This document shows positions 42,464-52,398 of a stretch of 64,000 nt of DNA, piece by piece (position 1 is the first letter of the stretch; each line of letters opens with the position of its first letter). The stretch covers positions 576,001-640,000 of the forward strand of contig CAVSPA010000004.1 of the NCBI GenBank assembly GCA_963729715.1. Direction: 5' to 3'. Below the pieces are notes generated by a model. It was not told the DNA's origin and ran no database searches. It saw only the letters and a program-made list of their open reading frames with translations. The DNA comes from an uncultured delta proteobacterium. GTDB lineage: Bacteria > Desulfobacterota > Syntrophia > Syntrophales > UBA2185. A program made the translations under genes and the position numbers.

Positions 42464-43882
42464 TCATGAATAGATAGAAAGGAGATACGGAGTGCCGATT
42501 GCTAAGAGCACAGCAAGAAAGATCAGCCCGAAGATGAGTCCCAAAGTCCAGAAATCTTTGCGGTTGACATAGGCGCTCCCGAAATAGACCGGGCCGGGAC
42601 CGGTGGCATAAGGAGAGATGATACCCATTATCCCCAAGCTGTAGCAGAGAAGAAGGGCAAAAACCTTGACGGGAATGCCCGGCACAAGCGCGCCTGCAGC
42701 CAGCATCACGGGCAGCACCGCCGTTACGTGCGCGGTGATGCTTGCAAACATATAATGAACTAAGAAAAATATTCCTACGAGGCAGACCATGACGACTATG
42801 GGCGACATTCCCATGAGGAGTGCTGATGCGCTTTTGGCGAACCAAGTCACGAAGCCCACCTTATTGAGACCGTCCGCCATAGCCACGAGCGTGGCAAACC
42901 AGACAAGGACATTCCAGGCGGCTTTGTTGCTCAGGATATCGTCCCACGTAACAACTGCCGTAACCACCATCAAAGATATGACCACTCCTGCGACAGTCGT
43001 GGCATCCACAATCTTTCCTCCGAAGATCCACAGAGTCAGGGCGAGAATGGCCAAGAGAGCCATCATCAGTTCCTTGCGGGTGAACTTGCCCATCTTGCCC
43101 AACTCCTGAGATGCCCAGGCTTGGACATCTCCGCTCGCTTTGATTTCCGGCGGGTAAATCTTGTAAATGAGGTACGGCAAAATGGAAAAGAGAATGACAC
43201 CGACAGGCAAGAATCCCATAAACCATTCAGTCCAGGAAATGCTGATCTTCGCGGTCTTATTGACCAACTCAAGGGCCAGCAGGTTCGGGGCCAAAGATGT
43301 GATGAACATAGAGCTGGTCACACAGGTTGTTGCAAAGGCAGTCCACATGATATACGCCCCAATCTTGCGGCTTGTCTCCCCTGGGGCGGAACCGTAAAGA
43401 CCGGGAATGTTGCGGATGATGGGAAAAATAGTGCCCGCACTCCGGGCGGTGTTCGAGGGAGTAAAGGGGGCGATAATAAGATCAGAAAGGGCTATCGCAT
43501 ACCCCAAACCTAGGGTCCTCTTGCCTAAAAACCCCACCAGGACCAAGGCTATGCGTTTGCCGAGCCCTGTCTTCTCATAGCCCAAGGCGAACATAAATGC
43601 CCCGAATATGAGCCAGACCGTCGTATTGGAAAAGCCGGATAATGCCCACTTGATTGAATCTGACGGCTTCGATCCTGCGAGACCCAGAACCGCTACCAAG
43701 AAAACACCGATAAACCCTATGGCGGCAGCCGGCATAGGCTCCAGGATCAGGGCAAGAATAACAGCCGCGAAGATGGCAAAATAATACCAAGCTGTGAGAC
43801 TCAGCCCCTCCGGCGCCGGGAGCAATGCGATGACGACTCCCATGAGCAGCGGCAGTATGGATTTCCAGATGAGCGATTTCAT
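42464..43882 (-). CDS. DASS family anion permease (CitT/TtdT-like)
   Basis: WALSGFSN..WL, KTGLGKRIAL, TPSNTARS, HYMFAS.TAH, PYATGP. Confidence 0.92.
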   Translation of the reverse strand: MKSLIWKSILPLLMGVVIALLPAPEGLSLTAWYYFAIFAAVILALILEPMPAAAIGFIGVFLVAVLGLAGSKPSDSIKWALSGFSNTTVWLIFGAFMFALGYEKTGLGKRIALVLVGFLGKRTLGLGYAIALSDLIIAPFTPSNTARSAGTIFPIIRNIPGLYGSAPGETSRKIGAYIMWTAFATTCVTSSMFITSLAPNLLALELVNKTAKISISWTEWFMGFLPVGVILFSILPYLIYKIYPPEIKASGDVQAWASQELGKMGKFTRKELMMALLAILALTLWIFGGKIVDATTVAGVVISLMVVTAVVTWDDILSNKAAWNVLVWFATLVAMADGLNKVGFVTWFAKSASALLMGMSPIVVMVCLVGIFFLVHYMFASITAHVTAVLPVMLAAGALVPGIPVKVFALLLCYSLGIMGIISPYATGPGPVYFGSAYVNRKDFWTLGLIFGLIFLAVLLAIGTPYLLSIYS

Positions 43883-44041
43883 TTTAGCCTCCTTGTGCTG
43901 CTGATTTGAAGTAATAAATAGCATTCAGTGAGGATGACGCACCACGAGATCCTCCAATGCGTTTCTATATTTCGGATTACCGGTAATCTTTCTACTAATG
44001 ATAGTTTTATAACAATGAGGACAGCATTTCAATATGGTATT

Positions 44042-44434
44042 TCAGCTTCGTTCGAAAAACTCCACGATATTTCCATCTGGGTCTTTCACCATCGCGATGC
44101 GCACGCCCTGCCGAATTTCCGTTTCCGGCAATGTAAATTCAATACCCTTACCTTTGAGTTCAGAACATACCTGGGAAATATTCTTTATGACGAAAGTCAC
44201 GTAGCGATATCCCAGTTGATTTTCCAGGCCAATCGTTCCCCGGGGAGGAACAGTCTTGGGTTCGATCAACTTGAAGTCGCTGGTACCGAATCTCAGCCGG
44301 TGCATGGTTCCAAACCATACCGGCGTAATTCCCACAAACTCCAATCCTAGCATATCCTGGTAGAAGTTGAGACTGGCCCTGATGTCACTGACTACTATCC
44401 CCATGTCCAACGAATCTTTCGCGGGAACTATCAT
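44042..44434 (-). CDS. VOC/glyoxalase family protein
   Basis: GIVVSD..FY.DMLGL..KDPDGNIVEF. Confidence 0.85.
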   Translation of the reverse strand: MIVPAKDSLDMGIVVSDIRASLNFYQDMLGLEFVGITPVWFGTMHRLRFGTSDFKLIEPKTVPPRGTIGLENQLGYRYVTFVIKNISQVCSELKGKGIEFTLPETEIRQGVRIAMVKDPDGNIVEFFERS

Positions 44435-44534
44435 TTTGTCGGGCTCCTTTCCTATGTGTTTATGTGACAGAAAAATGCCTTAACTATAATAATACATGTA
44501 CCACATTCTAAATAAGAGTTCTGCCATAGACAGG

Positions 44535-44560
44535 AAAGGGTGGGGAACACCTCCCACCCT
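44535..44560 (-). terminator. Probable terminator after second hup
   Basis: AGGGTGGG / CCCACCCT inverted repeat with short T tract. Confidence 0.5.
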
Positions 44561-44617
44561 CTCATGTCTCATAAACTATGACTAAATACTTGCAGCTCTT
44601 ATCGTCATAATAATAAA

Positions 44618-44887
44618 TCACTTCACGGCATCTTTCAATGCCTTACCCGCCGTAAACTTGGGGACCTTCTTAGCGGCAATCTTGATCGGTTTGCCGGTCT
44701 GAGGATTTCTTCCTGTTCTGGCAGCTCTTTTAGAAACGGAGAAAGTACCGAAACCGACGAGAGTAACCTTGCCTCCCTTCTTTAACCCTTTCTTGATTGC
44801 ATCAAGGACGGCAGTGACTACATTGGCTGCCTCTGCCTTGCTGCAGGTAGTTTTTGCAACTACGTTGACGAGATCTTCCTTATTCAT
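44618..44887 (-). CDS. hup: DNA-binding protein HU (second paralog)
   Basis: [35 protein letters not shown]. Confidence 0.93.
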   Translation of the reverse strand: MNKEDLVNVVAKTTCSKAEAANVVTAVLDAIKKGLKKGGKVTLVGFGTFSVSKRAARTGRNPQTGKPIKIAAKKVPKFTAGKALKDAVK

Positions 44888-45169
44888 TCTTCATCCTCCC
44901 TTCTTATTATTGTAACGCCGCCATGGGCGGCAACATCGATCTCTCAGGATCGATAACACCTTTTATGAATGTATATATAAATTTTGAGCGCAAAAAAAGC
45001 AACATTAAATCGTATCTATGCTAAAAACATTTTTGAGACCCATACAAGCATACGTAGAGTGGGCACCTCCACCATGAAAGAGCAGCCATGAGCCTATCCC
45101 ATGTGCACCCGCCCTTTCTCACATTTGTAGCCGCAGACGCTTCAGACAATCGCCTCATCAGCTTCCGTA

Positions 45170-45724
45170 CTATTTTTTAAGCTTGGTGATTTTCGCGCCT
45201 TCTAAGGTCGCGCCGGCCATGACCCCTTTCTGACCGAACACAAACCCGACAATAGGTTGATTTATTTTAGTCGTGTCCACGGAACCCTCAACGCCGACAT
45301 TAACCGCCGTCACCGTACCGTCGACACCGGCTTGCCAGTTGTCGCTGTTACGGAATTTCTTCAGGGCAGCCTCATCTATGAACAGCAGAATAATGTCCTT
45401 TTGCTGGGCGCCTATCTGAAGGCCGAAAGAAGCTGCTACGATATTATAGTAATCGACGGATTTTCCGTCGATTCTCAAGGCGCCTTCGCCATATTCGCCG
45501 CCGATGATAAAACCGGCCTGCACGACATTAGGGATGACAAGAACACCCTTGGCGGCTTTGAGAAACTCCTGAGCGCCGTTCACCTCCCTGCCAAAGCGAT
45601 CAAGAGCCACATCAACGCTGACATCAATCTCCTTGGCTGTGGCAGCAAAGGTGGTATGTACCGGAAGAAGCCCTATGACTAATAACACAGCAAACATAAT
45701 ATTGGTGCTCGTCCTGATCTCCAT
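45170..45724 (-). CDS. Ysc84/SYLF-like lipid-binding exported protein
   Basis: Signal peptide, AKGVLVIP, GGEYGEG, SFGLQIG, KGVMAG.TLEG.K. Confidence 0.85.
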   Translation of the reverse strand: MEIRTSTNIMFAVLLVIGLLPVHTTFAATAKEIDVSVDVALDRFGREVNGAQEFLKAAKGVLVIPNVVQAGFIIGGEYGEGALRIDGKSVDYYNIVAASFGLQIGAQQKDIILLFIDEAALKKFRNSDNWQAGVDGTVTAVNVGVEGSVDTTKINQPIVGFVFGQKGVMAGATLEGAKITKLKK

Positions 45725-46087
45725 TTTAGTTCCTCCTGTTCTCATAGACCTGCAAAGTGGAAACGTCCATGTGCTTTTTTGCACTGGACAAATCTTATTC
45801 CTCTTATGGCTATTTTTCAATTTATAAAAAGACTGATTTGCATGTGCGAAATGCCGCACTCCCTACTCAGGAAAAAGATGCCTCAGGACGATGAGACGTG
45901 CGCTACGGTCGGGCAACCTTGCTATGGTTGGCACTATTTCGATCGCCACGAGGAAAAGACCTCTTTAATATGAATTTATTGAGATGCCGGAAGAATGGCT
46001 GAGTAGAACTTTAGCTTGAAATTTGGCGCATATAGTGGCAGTAGATCAGAAATTTATGAAGTGTGCTCCTGCGTCAGGATCCGATGC

Positions 46088-47311
46088 ATGAAGTATCTTA
46101 CCATCAACAACGAAAAAAAAATTGTCCTATTTACCTTTACGGCTCACTTCCTGTTCCATTTCTACGAACTGGTCTTTCCCGCATTGGCGATTCCTCTCGT
46201 CCTTTCATTGAATATGAATCTCGAAGAAGTTTTGAAGCTGGGTTTCCCCATGTACCTTAGTTTCGGCCTCTTTTCCCTGCCCTGGGGTTTTTTCGCCGAC
46301 CGTTTCGGCAACAGGATTGCTCTTATCATCTGCTTCTTCGGTACCGGCATCGGGGCTATTATGACAGTCCTTGCAACATCTTCCTTACAAATCATGCTGT
46401 CATTGGCCGTGATCGGCATCTTCGCGGGCATTTGTCATCCCGCAGGCATGGGTCTCATCTCCTTGGGCGTGAAGAATCGCGGGATGGCCCTGGGGATCAA
46501 CGCCATTGCCGGGAGTATCGGTCTCACGGCCGCACCTTTTCTGGCGGGCTTGCTCAACTGGATGGCGGGATGGAAAGCGGCGTACCTTGCCGCTGCCGTG
46601 TTTGCAATCTTCTGGGGCATTGTGATGTTGTTTGCCAAAATCGACGAAACCCCGCTCGTCCATACGCACGAAGTGAACCCGACTTTCAAGAAAGGCTACC
46701 GATCTTACCTCTCATCTATCATCCTTTTTTTCGCGATCGTCACCCTGGGAGGTTTCACCTATCGAATAAACATCGTCGTGCTCCCTGCATACCTCGAGTG
46801 GAAGGCATCTTTTCTTTCCGACTTGCTTCATTTTCAGGCGCCGGCGGCAATCACGATGGCTGCCGGCATACTGACATCGGTTATCTATATAGTCGGGATC
46901 GGCGGTCAACTATTTGGCGGGAAGCTGGCAGACCGCTTTGAGCTGCGCCGTCTGTACCTTGTATTCAATGTCGTGAGCCTACCCTTCGTGATCATGATGG
47001 CATACGGGACGGAAGAGTTCCTTTTCGTTGCCTCCGCTCTCTACGTCTTTTTTGCGTTAGGCATCCAACCCATCGAGAACAGCCTGATCGCCAAATTTAC
47101 GCCCCTGCGGTGGCGCAGCACCGGCTATGGTTTAGCGTCCGTTTTAATTTTTGGAGTTGGCTCCCTCTCGATCTATCTGGTCGGCTGGGTGAAGGATACA
47201 TGGCATCTCGGTTTCATCTATATCTTCTCCGGCATCATGATCATCATGATTATTGCGGGAATCTTGCTCCTGGTGCGGATCACGCAGGATGTCTCTTTTA
47301 AGAACTTTTGA
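46088..47311 (+). CDS. MFS transporter
   Basis: About 12 TM segments; GFFADRFG and GKLADRF motif A copies. Confidence 0.9.
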   Translation: MKYLTINNEKKIVLFTFTAHFLFHFYELVFPALAIPLVLSLNMNLEEVLKLGFPMYLSFGLFSLPWGFFADRFGNRIALIICFFGTGIGAIMTVLATSSLQIMLSLAVIGIFAGICHPAGMGLISLGVKNRGMALGINAIAGSIGLTAAPFLAGLLNWMAGWKAAYLAAAVFAIFWGIVMLFAKIDETPLVHTHEVNPTFKKGYRSYLSSIILFFAIVTLGGFTYRINIVVLPAYLEWKASFLSDLLHFQAPAAITMAAGILTSVIYIVGIGGQLFGGKLADRFELRRLYLVFNVVSLPFVIMMAYGTEEFLFVASALYVFFALGIQPIENSLIAKFTPLRWRSTGYGLASVLIFGVGSLSIYLVGWVKDTWHLGFIYIFSGIMIIMIIAGILLLVRITQDVSFKNF

Positions 47312-47466
47312 CCATCGGATAGTATATGCTGGAATATCCTGCCAATCATGGCATTAGCTTCTTGATGCAATTTCGCTTTTTCTATGTTAACCTTTGCTAT
47401 TAAATTAAGGAGTCATGAATGACATCGATTATCAGCAGATCAGCCCACAGAGCCGGCCCCGCGGGC

Positions 47467-47526
47467 AGTGGAGGGATTGACAATCAACCCAAGTGCACAG
47501 CGCCAAGTTAATGCGGGAGGCCGATA
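47467..47526 (+). ncRNA. Probable Na+-sensing riboswitch (DUF1646 RNA motif)
   Basis: Stem GGGATTGA-CAA-TCAACCC, AAGTGC, stem CGC-CAAGTTAAT-GCG, GGAGGCC; matches my recollection of the motif and precedes a cation antiporter-like gene. Confidence 0.6.
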
Positions 47527-48975
47527 ATGACCCGTGCCCATCTTGAACGAAGTGCCAAGGGGAGCAGATTGCATAAAATTATAGCTCTCGTCCTGCTTAT
47601 CTTAGCGTGCGCGCTTGCCATAGCATTTCAGAGAATGGCAGAAGGTCACAGAGTCATCCCTGTGGAAACATATATGCTCGCGCCTTTCGTCCTCCTTCTC
47701 CTTGCCATAGCCATTGTGCCTTTTATAAGCAGCGACTGGTGGGGAAGGTATTATCCGCATGTTTCCTTCGTCCTCGCAACGACAGTTGTGGTCTACTATT
47801 TATTCATCCTCAATAACGGCCCCAGAATGTGCGTGACCGCACTCGACTATTTCAGCTTCATGGCAATTACGGGCTCGCTGTTCGTAGTGTCCGGCGGAAT
47901 CGTGATAAGGATACCCGGAGGGGCGACGCCCTTATCCAACACGCTGATGCTGCTCATAGGATCGACTATCACGGCAGTATTCAGCAACACTGGTGCATCG
48001 ATGATTCTTATCAGACCCTACCTGCGAATGAACAAGGGACGTCTCTCTGCATACCACGTTGTCTTCTTCATCTTTACCGTATCGAACATAGGAGGGCTCC
48101 TGACTCCCGTAGGGCCACCCCTATTTCTCGGTTACTTGAAAGGAGTGCCCTTTTTCTGGGTCACGGCCCACTTGTGGCTTATCTGGGTGTTCGAAACCGC
48201 CCTCATCCTTGCCGTGTTTTATCTCATGGACAGGCACTTCTACAATAAGGCCAAGCATACCATGGCGCCTGTTGCAAAAAAGACGAAAGAACATTTTTCC
48301 GTGAAAGGTTGGCACCACAGCATCTTCATTGCAGTCATCCTCGCGGCCGTATTTCTGGAGACACCTGTCCGTGAAATAGTAATGATCGCGGCTGGTTTTT
48401 TGAGTTATGTCGTGATGCAGGAAGAAGTTCACAAAGAGAACGAATTCAACTTCATCCCCGTAAAGGAGGTCGGGATCCTGTTCTTCGGCATATTTGCAAC
48501 GATGGTGCCTGTCCTCGACTGGCTGGAGCTGAATGCGGGGAGGGTCGGGCTTACCGAGCCGGGCCAGTTCTACTGGGCATCGGGCATTCTGTCCAGTTTC
48601 CTCGATAACGCCCCTACTTATCTGAACTTCCTGAGCGCCGCCTGCGGGCTTCACGGCCTCAGTGTCGACAACGTCGCCCATGTGAAGGCCATGCTCGGAC
48701 TCTTGCCCATCGATGAACTGGCTAAACTCCAGATAGCCGCCGACGCCCCGCGCTTACTCAACAATCTCTCCTGGAAGTATGTGGCGGCCACAGCCGCAGG
48801 GTCGGCAACATTCGGAGCGTGCACTTACATAGGAAACGGTCCCAACTTCATGGTCAAGTCGATAGCAGAACAGGCCCACGTAAAGATGCCGAGCTTCGTG
48901 GGCTATATGGTCAAGTACTCGATCCCGATCCTGGTCCCGATTTTTACGCTCGTCTGGTACCTCTTCTATTACTGA
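47527..48975 (+). CDS. Putative sodium:proton antiporter (CitMHS_2 / IT superfamily)
   Basis: TGASMILIRP, NIGGLLTP, PPLFLGYL, SSFLDNAPTY, TYIGNGPNFMVKSIAE. Confidence 0.85.
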   Translation: MTRAHLERSAKGSRLHKIIALVLLILACALAIAFQRMAEGHRVIPVETYMLAPFVLLLLAIAIVPFISSDWWGRYYPHVSFVLATTVVVYYLFILNNGPRMCVTALDYFSFMAITGSLFVVSGGIVIRIPGGATPLSNTLMLLIGSTITAVFSNTGASMILIRPYLRMNKGRLSAYHVVFFIFTVSNIGGLLTPVGPPLFLGYLKGVPFFWVTAHLWLIWVFETALILAVFYLMDRHFYNKAKHTMAPVAKKTKEHFSVKGWHHSIFIAVILAAVFLETPVREIVMIAAGFLSYVVMQEEVHKENEFNFIPVKEVGILFFGIFATMVPVLDWLELNAGRVGLTEPGQFYWASGILSSFLDNAPTYLNFLSAACGLHGLSVDNVAHVKAMLGLLPIDELAKLQIAADAPRLLNNLSWKYVAATAAGSATFGACTYIGNGPNFMVKSIAEQAHVKMPSFVGYMVKYSIPILVPIFTLVWYLFYY

Positions 48976-49020
48976 TAAGCGCAGGCAACCACGTCTCGAA
49001 GTCAGTACCCTGTCTTCCTC

Positions 49021-50700
49021 CTATCGGAACTGCTCAGGCACCTTATACAAGCCGCCCGACCATGCCACAAGATCATCCATAGATCGGGCTGCAAGGAGAG
49101 AAGTATTCGCCTGAGCTACATCGATCCCCAGGTCCTCCGGTGTCTGAACGACCTTACGCTTTCTTAAATCTGCCGTCTCGTCCGCTTTTGCCGCCTTGCC
49201 GAGGTCAGTGTCGCCGGCGACGGCCTTTATGGCAGCCTCTCTCTCCGCGAGTGTGGCGCACTTGTGGAGATGGGCGATTCCTTTTTCGCTGACAATCTGT
49301 GTGACCGCGTCGCCGTAAATCATGACCGGCGGCACTTTAAGACCGGCCCGCTTCATCAGATCCCAAGCATCAAGTTTGTCAACGAAGCACTGTATGCCCT
49401 TCGGTCCACGGGTCTCCAGGATCTGGACGACGAGTTTACGGCCCCGGGCCATATCGCCGATGAGTCCTGCACGCATGCCGCTCTCCTTTCCTACCTTGAC
49501 CCACGCTTCGCTGGAATGGCGCCTGCCTGGTGAGTCACAGCCCATATTGGGTGCGCCCCCGAATCCGGCGATGCGGTCGGCAACTGCCGTGGAGCTGTTT
49601 CCATACCGGTCGATCTGAAGTGTGGAGCCCACGAAGGCGTCCACTGCATAGTGCCCGACAGCCTGACAGAAGGCCCGGTTCGACCGGAGATTGCCGTCCG
49701 GTCCCACAAAGAAGATATCCGAACGCGATGAGACATAATCCTCTGTACCCACCTCGGAACCAAAGGAATGTATCGATTCCACAAAGCCCGACTCAATTGC
49801 CGGAATCATAGTGGGGTGGGGATTGAGGGCCCAGTGTGTGCATATCTTGCCCTTGAGACCGAGCTCTGTGGCATAGGTGGGAAGAAGGAGCTCGACCGCA
49901 GCTGTGGCAAACCCGATCCCGTGATTGAGAGAACGCAGTCCGTATTCCGCATAAATCCCCTTGATCACCATCATGGCCGTGAGGATATGTACGTCCCTGA
50001 TTTGCGCCGGGTTACGGGTGAACAGGGGCTCGACATAGCACGGCTTTCCCGTAGGGACAACGAAATCCACCCAGCCGCCGGGAATGTCGATCCGGGGCAG
50101 CTTGCTTGTAACCTTCTCCACCTGCGCCACAACTATGCCCTGTTTGAACCGTGTCGCCTCGACGATGGCTGGCGTGTCCTCCGTGTTGGGACCTGTGTAG
50201 AGGTTGCCGTTCTTGTCCGCCATGACACCCACTACAAGGGCGACTTGCGGCGTGAGATCGAGAAAATACCGCGCGAAAAGTTCGAGATAGGTATGAATCT
50301 CCCCGATCTGCATCTTCCCTTCATGCACAAGCTTTGTTACCTGCACAGCTTGCGGACCGGAGAATGAGAAATCGACCTTCGTCGCGATCCCGCGGACGAA
50401 CAACTCGCAATGCGCAGGGAGGGCGATAACCGACTGCACCATGTGAAGCCCGTTCACCTTCGCAGGATTGACCTTGCAGAGACAGTCAGCGAGATACTCG
50501 GCCTGTTTCTGATTGTTCCCTTCGAGGGCCACACGGTCTCCGGGACGGATGATCGTCTCGAGGAGGGCAACGACGCGGGAGGGCTCTACAATCTTGCCTT
50601 TGCCTCCTTCCGTCAGCGCCTTCGCCTTGGCCGTCCGGGCTTTGTATTCCTTCTTGCGGGATTCCCAGTCTTCTCTCGCGTGTATAATCTGTGCTCCCAT
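49021..50700 (-). CDS. mdcA: Malonate decarboxylase alpha subunit (malonate:acetyl-ACP transferase)
   Basis: EGNNQKQA, IHTYLELFARY, LYTGPNTEDTP, NHGIGF, SNRAFCQ, GFGGAPNMG. Confidence 0.93.
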   Translation of the reverse strand: MGAQIIHAREDWESRKKEYKARTAKAKALTEGGKGKIVEPSRVVALLETIIRPGDRVALEGNNQKQAEYLADCLCKVNPAKVNGLHMVQSVIALPAHCELFVRGIATKVDFSFSGPQAVQVTKLVHEGKMQIGEIHTYLELFARYFLDLTPQVALVVGVMADKNGNLYTGPNTEDTPAIVEATRFKQGIVVAQVEKVTSKLPRIDIPGGWVDFVVPTGKPCYVEPLFTRNPAQIRDVHILTAMMVIKGIYAEYGLRSLNHGIGFATAAVELLLPTYATELGLKGKICTHWALNPHPTMIPAIESGFVESIHSFGSEVGTEDYVSSRSDIFFVGPDGNLRSNRAFCQAVGHYAVDAFVGSTLQIDRYGNSSTAVADRIAGFGGAPNMGCDSPGRRHSSEAWVKVGKESGMRAGLIGDMARGRKLVVQILETRGPKGIQCFVDKLDAWDLMKRAGLKVPPVMIYGDAVTQIVSEKGIAHLHKCATLAEREAAIKAVAGDTDLGKAAKADETADLRKRKVVQTPEDLGIDVAQANTSLLAARSMDDLVAWSGGLYKVPEQFR

Positions 50701-50719
50701 AAATTCACCTCCGGGATGT

Positions 50720-50762
50720 AAAAAAAATGGTGCCCCGCTCCCAATGTGCGGGACACCATTTT
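50720..50762 (-). terminator. Intrinsic terminator-like hairpin between SSS symporter and mdcA
   Basis: Minus strand AAAATGGTGTCCCGC..GCGGGGCACCAT followed by a T tract. Confidence 0.7.
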
Positions 50763-50780
50763 CATTTTAACAACACATAA

Positions 50781-52310
50781 CTAGCTCGCCTTTGTGTGGA
50801 AGACGTGATCGAGATGCACCTTGTCGGGCATATCGCTCGCCGTTATCTTGCAGATGACGATATAAGCGATGAGGGATACGATGAAGCCCGGTATAATTTC
50901 GTGGATGTCCTTCATCCCGGGAAGATAAAAACGCAGACCGAAGCGCCAGATTACGGTAGTTGCGATACCGATGATCATCGAATAGAAGGCGCCCTTCCCT
51001 GTTCCCCACCGCAGGAAGAGGCCGCCGAATACGGCCGGGAAGAAGCCTGCCGTAAATACGGCCCCCGAAAAGGCCGTCAGCTCCACGATACCAGCAGGGG
51101 GGTAGAGTGTAAGAACAAAGACGATGAGGCTGTAGAGCCACATTATCCTTTTCGTATAAACAACCTGCGCCTTTGGCTCCAGAGGTTTTACAACTTTCCA
51201 GATGTCGCCCACGAAGGCTGTGCCGACTATGATCGATACAGCGGCGTAGGAAGACATGCCCGCCGCAAAGAGACCGGCCATGACGATCCCTGTTATCCAG
51301 GGACTTCCGTATTTCACCAGCATGAATCCGACAACTTCATCCGTGTGTCTGATTAGATAGGCAGATTCCTGGTCCGTAGCCATCCCATGAACGAGGGCGC
51401 CGACCGCGAAGACACAGGCCAGGGAAATGCCGAGGAAGAGCGGGGTAGCTATCATGGCGAACTTCATGCTTTTCGCGTTGTCGATGGAGTAGAAGCGGAT
51501 CAGGCAGCGGGGTTCCGCTATCTGTTTCATACCGACGGCAAGGCCGATACTGGTAATGTATGCGAAAGACACGAGGGTGCAAAAGGTCATGAGGCCGTTT
51601 CCTATGGGCTGGCCCTTTGCCGTCAGGTGCGTCGTGTGGGCGACGCTGTTCATGAGAGGTTCCCAGCCGCCCACGTACATAGCCGGAATCATGACCATGA
51701 GAATCGCCACAAAGAACATGATGAGACCCTGCACGGCGTCAGTCCATAAGACGCTGTACATTCCGCCCATGACTGAGTAGAGGGTCGTGATAAAGATAAC
51801 CAGGAATGCACCCCACGCATAAGGTATACCGAGTGTGGAAGTCAACAGATGGGCGCAACCCTTGGCAATAGCCGCCATGTACCAGAGAGTGGCGAAGATG
51901 ATGATGACGGCGGAGAAAATCCTGATGGCCTTCGAATATGTGCTCTTGTAGCGGAAGTCAAAATAATCCGGAATTGTGACAGAGCTCAGCTTGGCTGTCT
52001 GTACCCTCATCCTCGGACCCAGGAGGAGCCAGGAGATCATGCAGAAGACCGTCCAGTAGAGGCCGACCCACGCCCAGGATAGACCCGCCTGAAACGAGAA
52101 CCCCGCCTGCCCGATGTATGTATTTGTGCTGATGAATGTAGAAAAAAAGGCGAGGGAAATGGCCCAGCCGGGTATTGACCTTTTGGCGACATAAAAGGCA
52201 TCGACGCCCTCAGCCGCTCTCTTCTTAAACCACTGGCCTATTCCCAGGCAGAACCCGGTATAGAGAATCATGATGGCTAATATTACCCAATGTTTCGCTA
52301 AGTATTCCAT
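50781..52310 (-). CDS. Sodium:solute symporter (SSS family)
   Basis: STNTYIGQAG, TIPDYF..RY, GGMYSVLWTD, LFAAGMSS. Confidence 0.92.
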   Translation of the reverse strand: MEYLAKHWVILAIMILYTGFCLGIGQWFKKRAAEGVDAFYVAKRSIPGWAISLAFFSTFISTNTYIGQAGFSFQAGLSWAWVGLYWTVFCMISWLLLGPRMRVQTAKLSSVTIPDYFDFRYKSTYSKAIRIFSAVIIIFATLWYMAAIAKGCAHLLTSTLGIPYAWGAFLVIFITTLYSVMGGMYSVLWTDAVQGLIMFFVAILMVMIPAMYVGGWEPLMNSVAHTTHLTAKGQPIGNGLMTFCTLVSFAYITSIGLAVGMKQIAEPRCLIRFYSIDNAKSMKFAMIATPLFLGISLACVFAVGALVHGMATDQESAYLIRHTDEVVGFMLVKYGSPWITGIVMAGLFAAGMSSYAAVSIIVGTAFVGDIWKVVKPLEPKAQVVYTKRIMWLYSLIVFVLTLYPPAGIVELTAFSGAVFTAGFFPAVFGGLFLRWGTGKGAFYSMIIGIATTVIWRFGLRFYLPGMKDIHEIIPGFIVSLIAYIVICKITASDMPDKVHLDHVFHTKAS

Positions 52311-52398
52311 ATGACTGTTCTCCTTTTAAATTAAAAAACAACGCAGGTATAAACGACCACCTATCGGGCAGGCAGTCGCAATTCCGTAACATTGCGGA

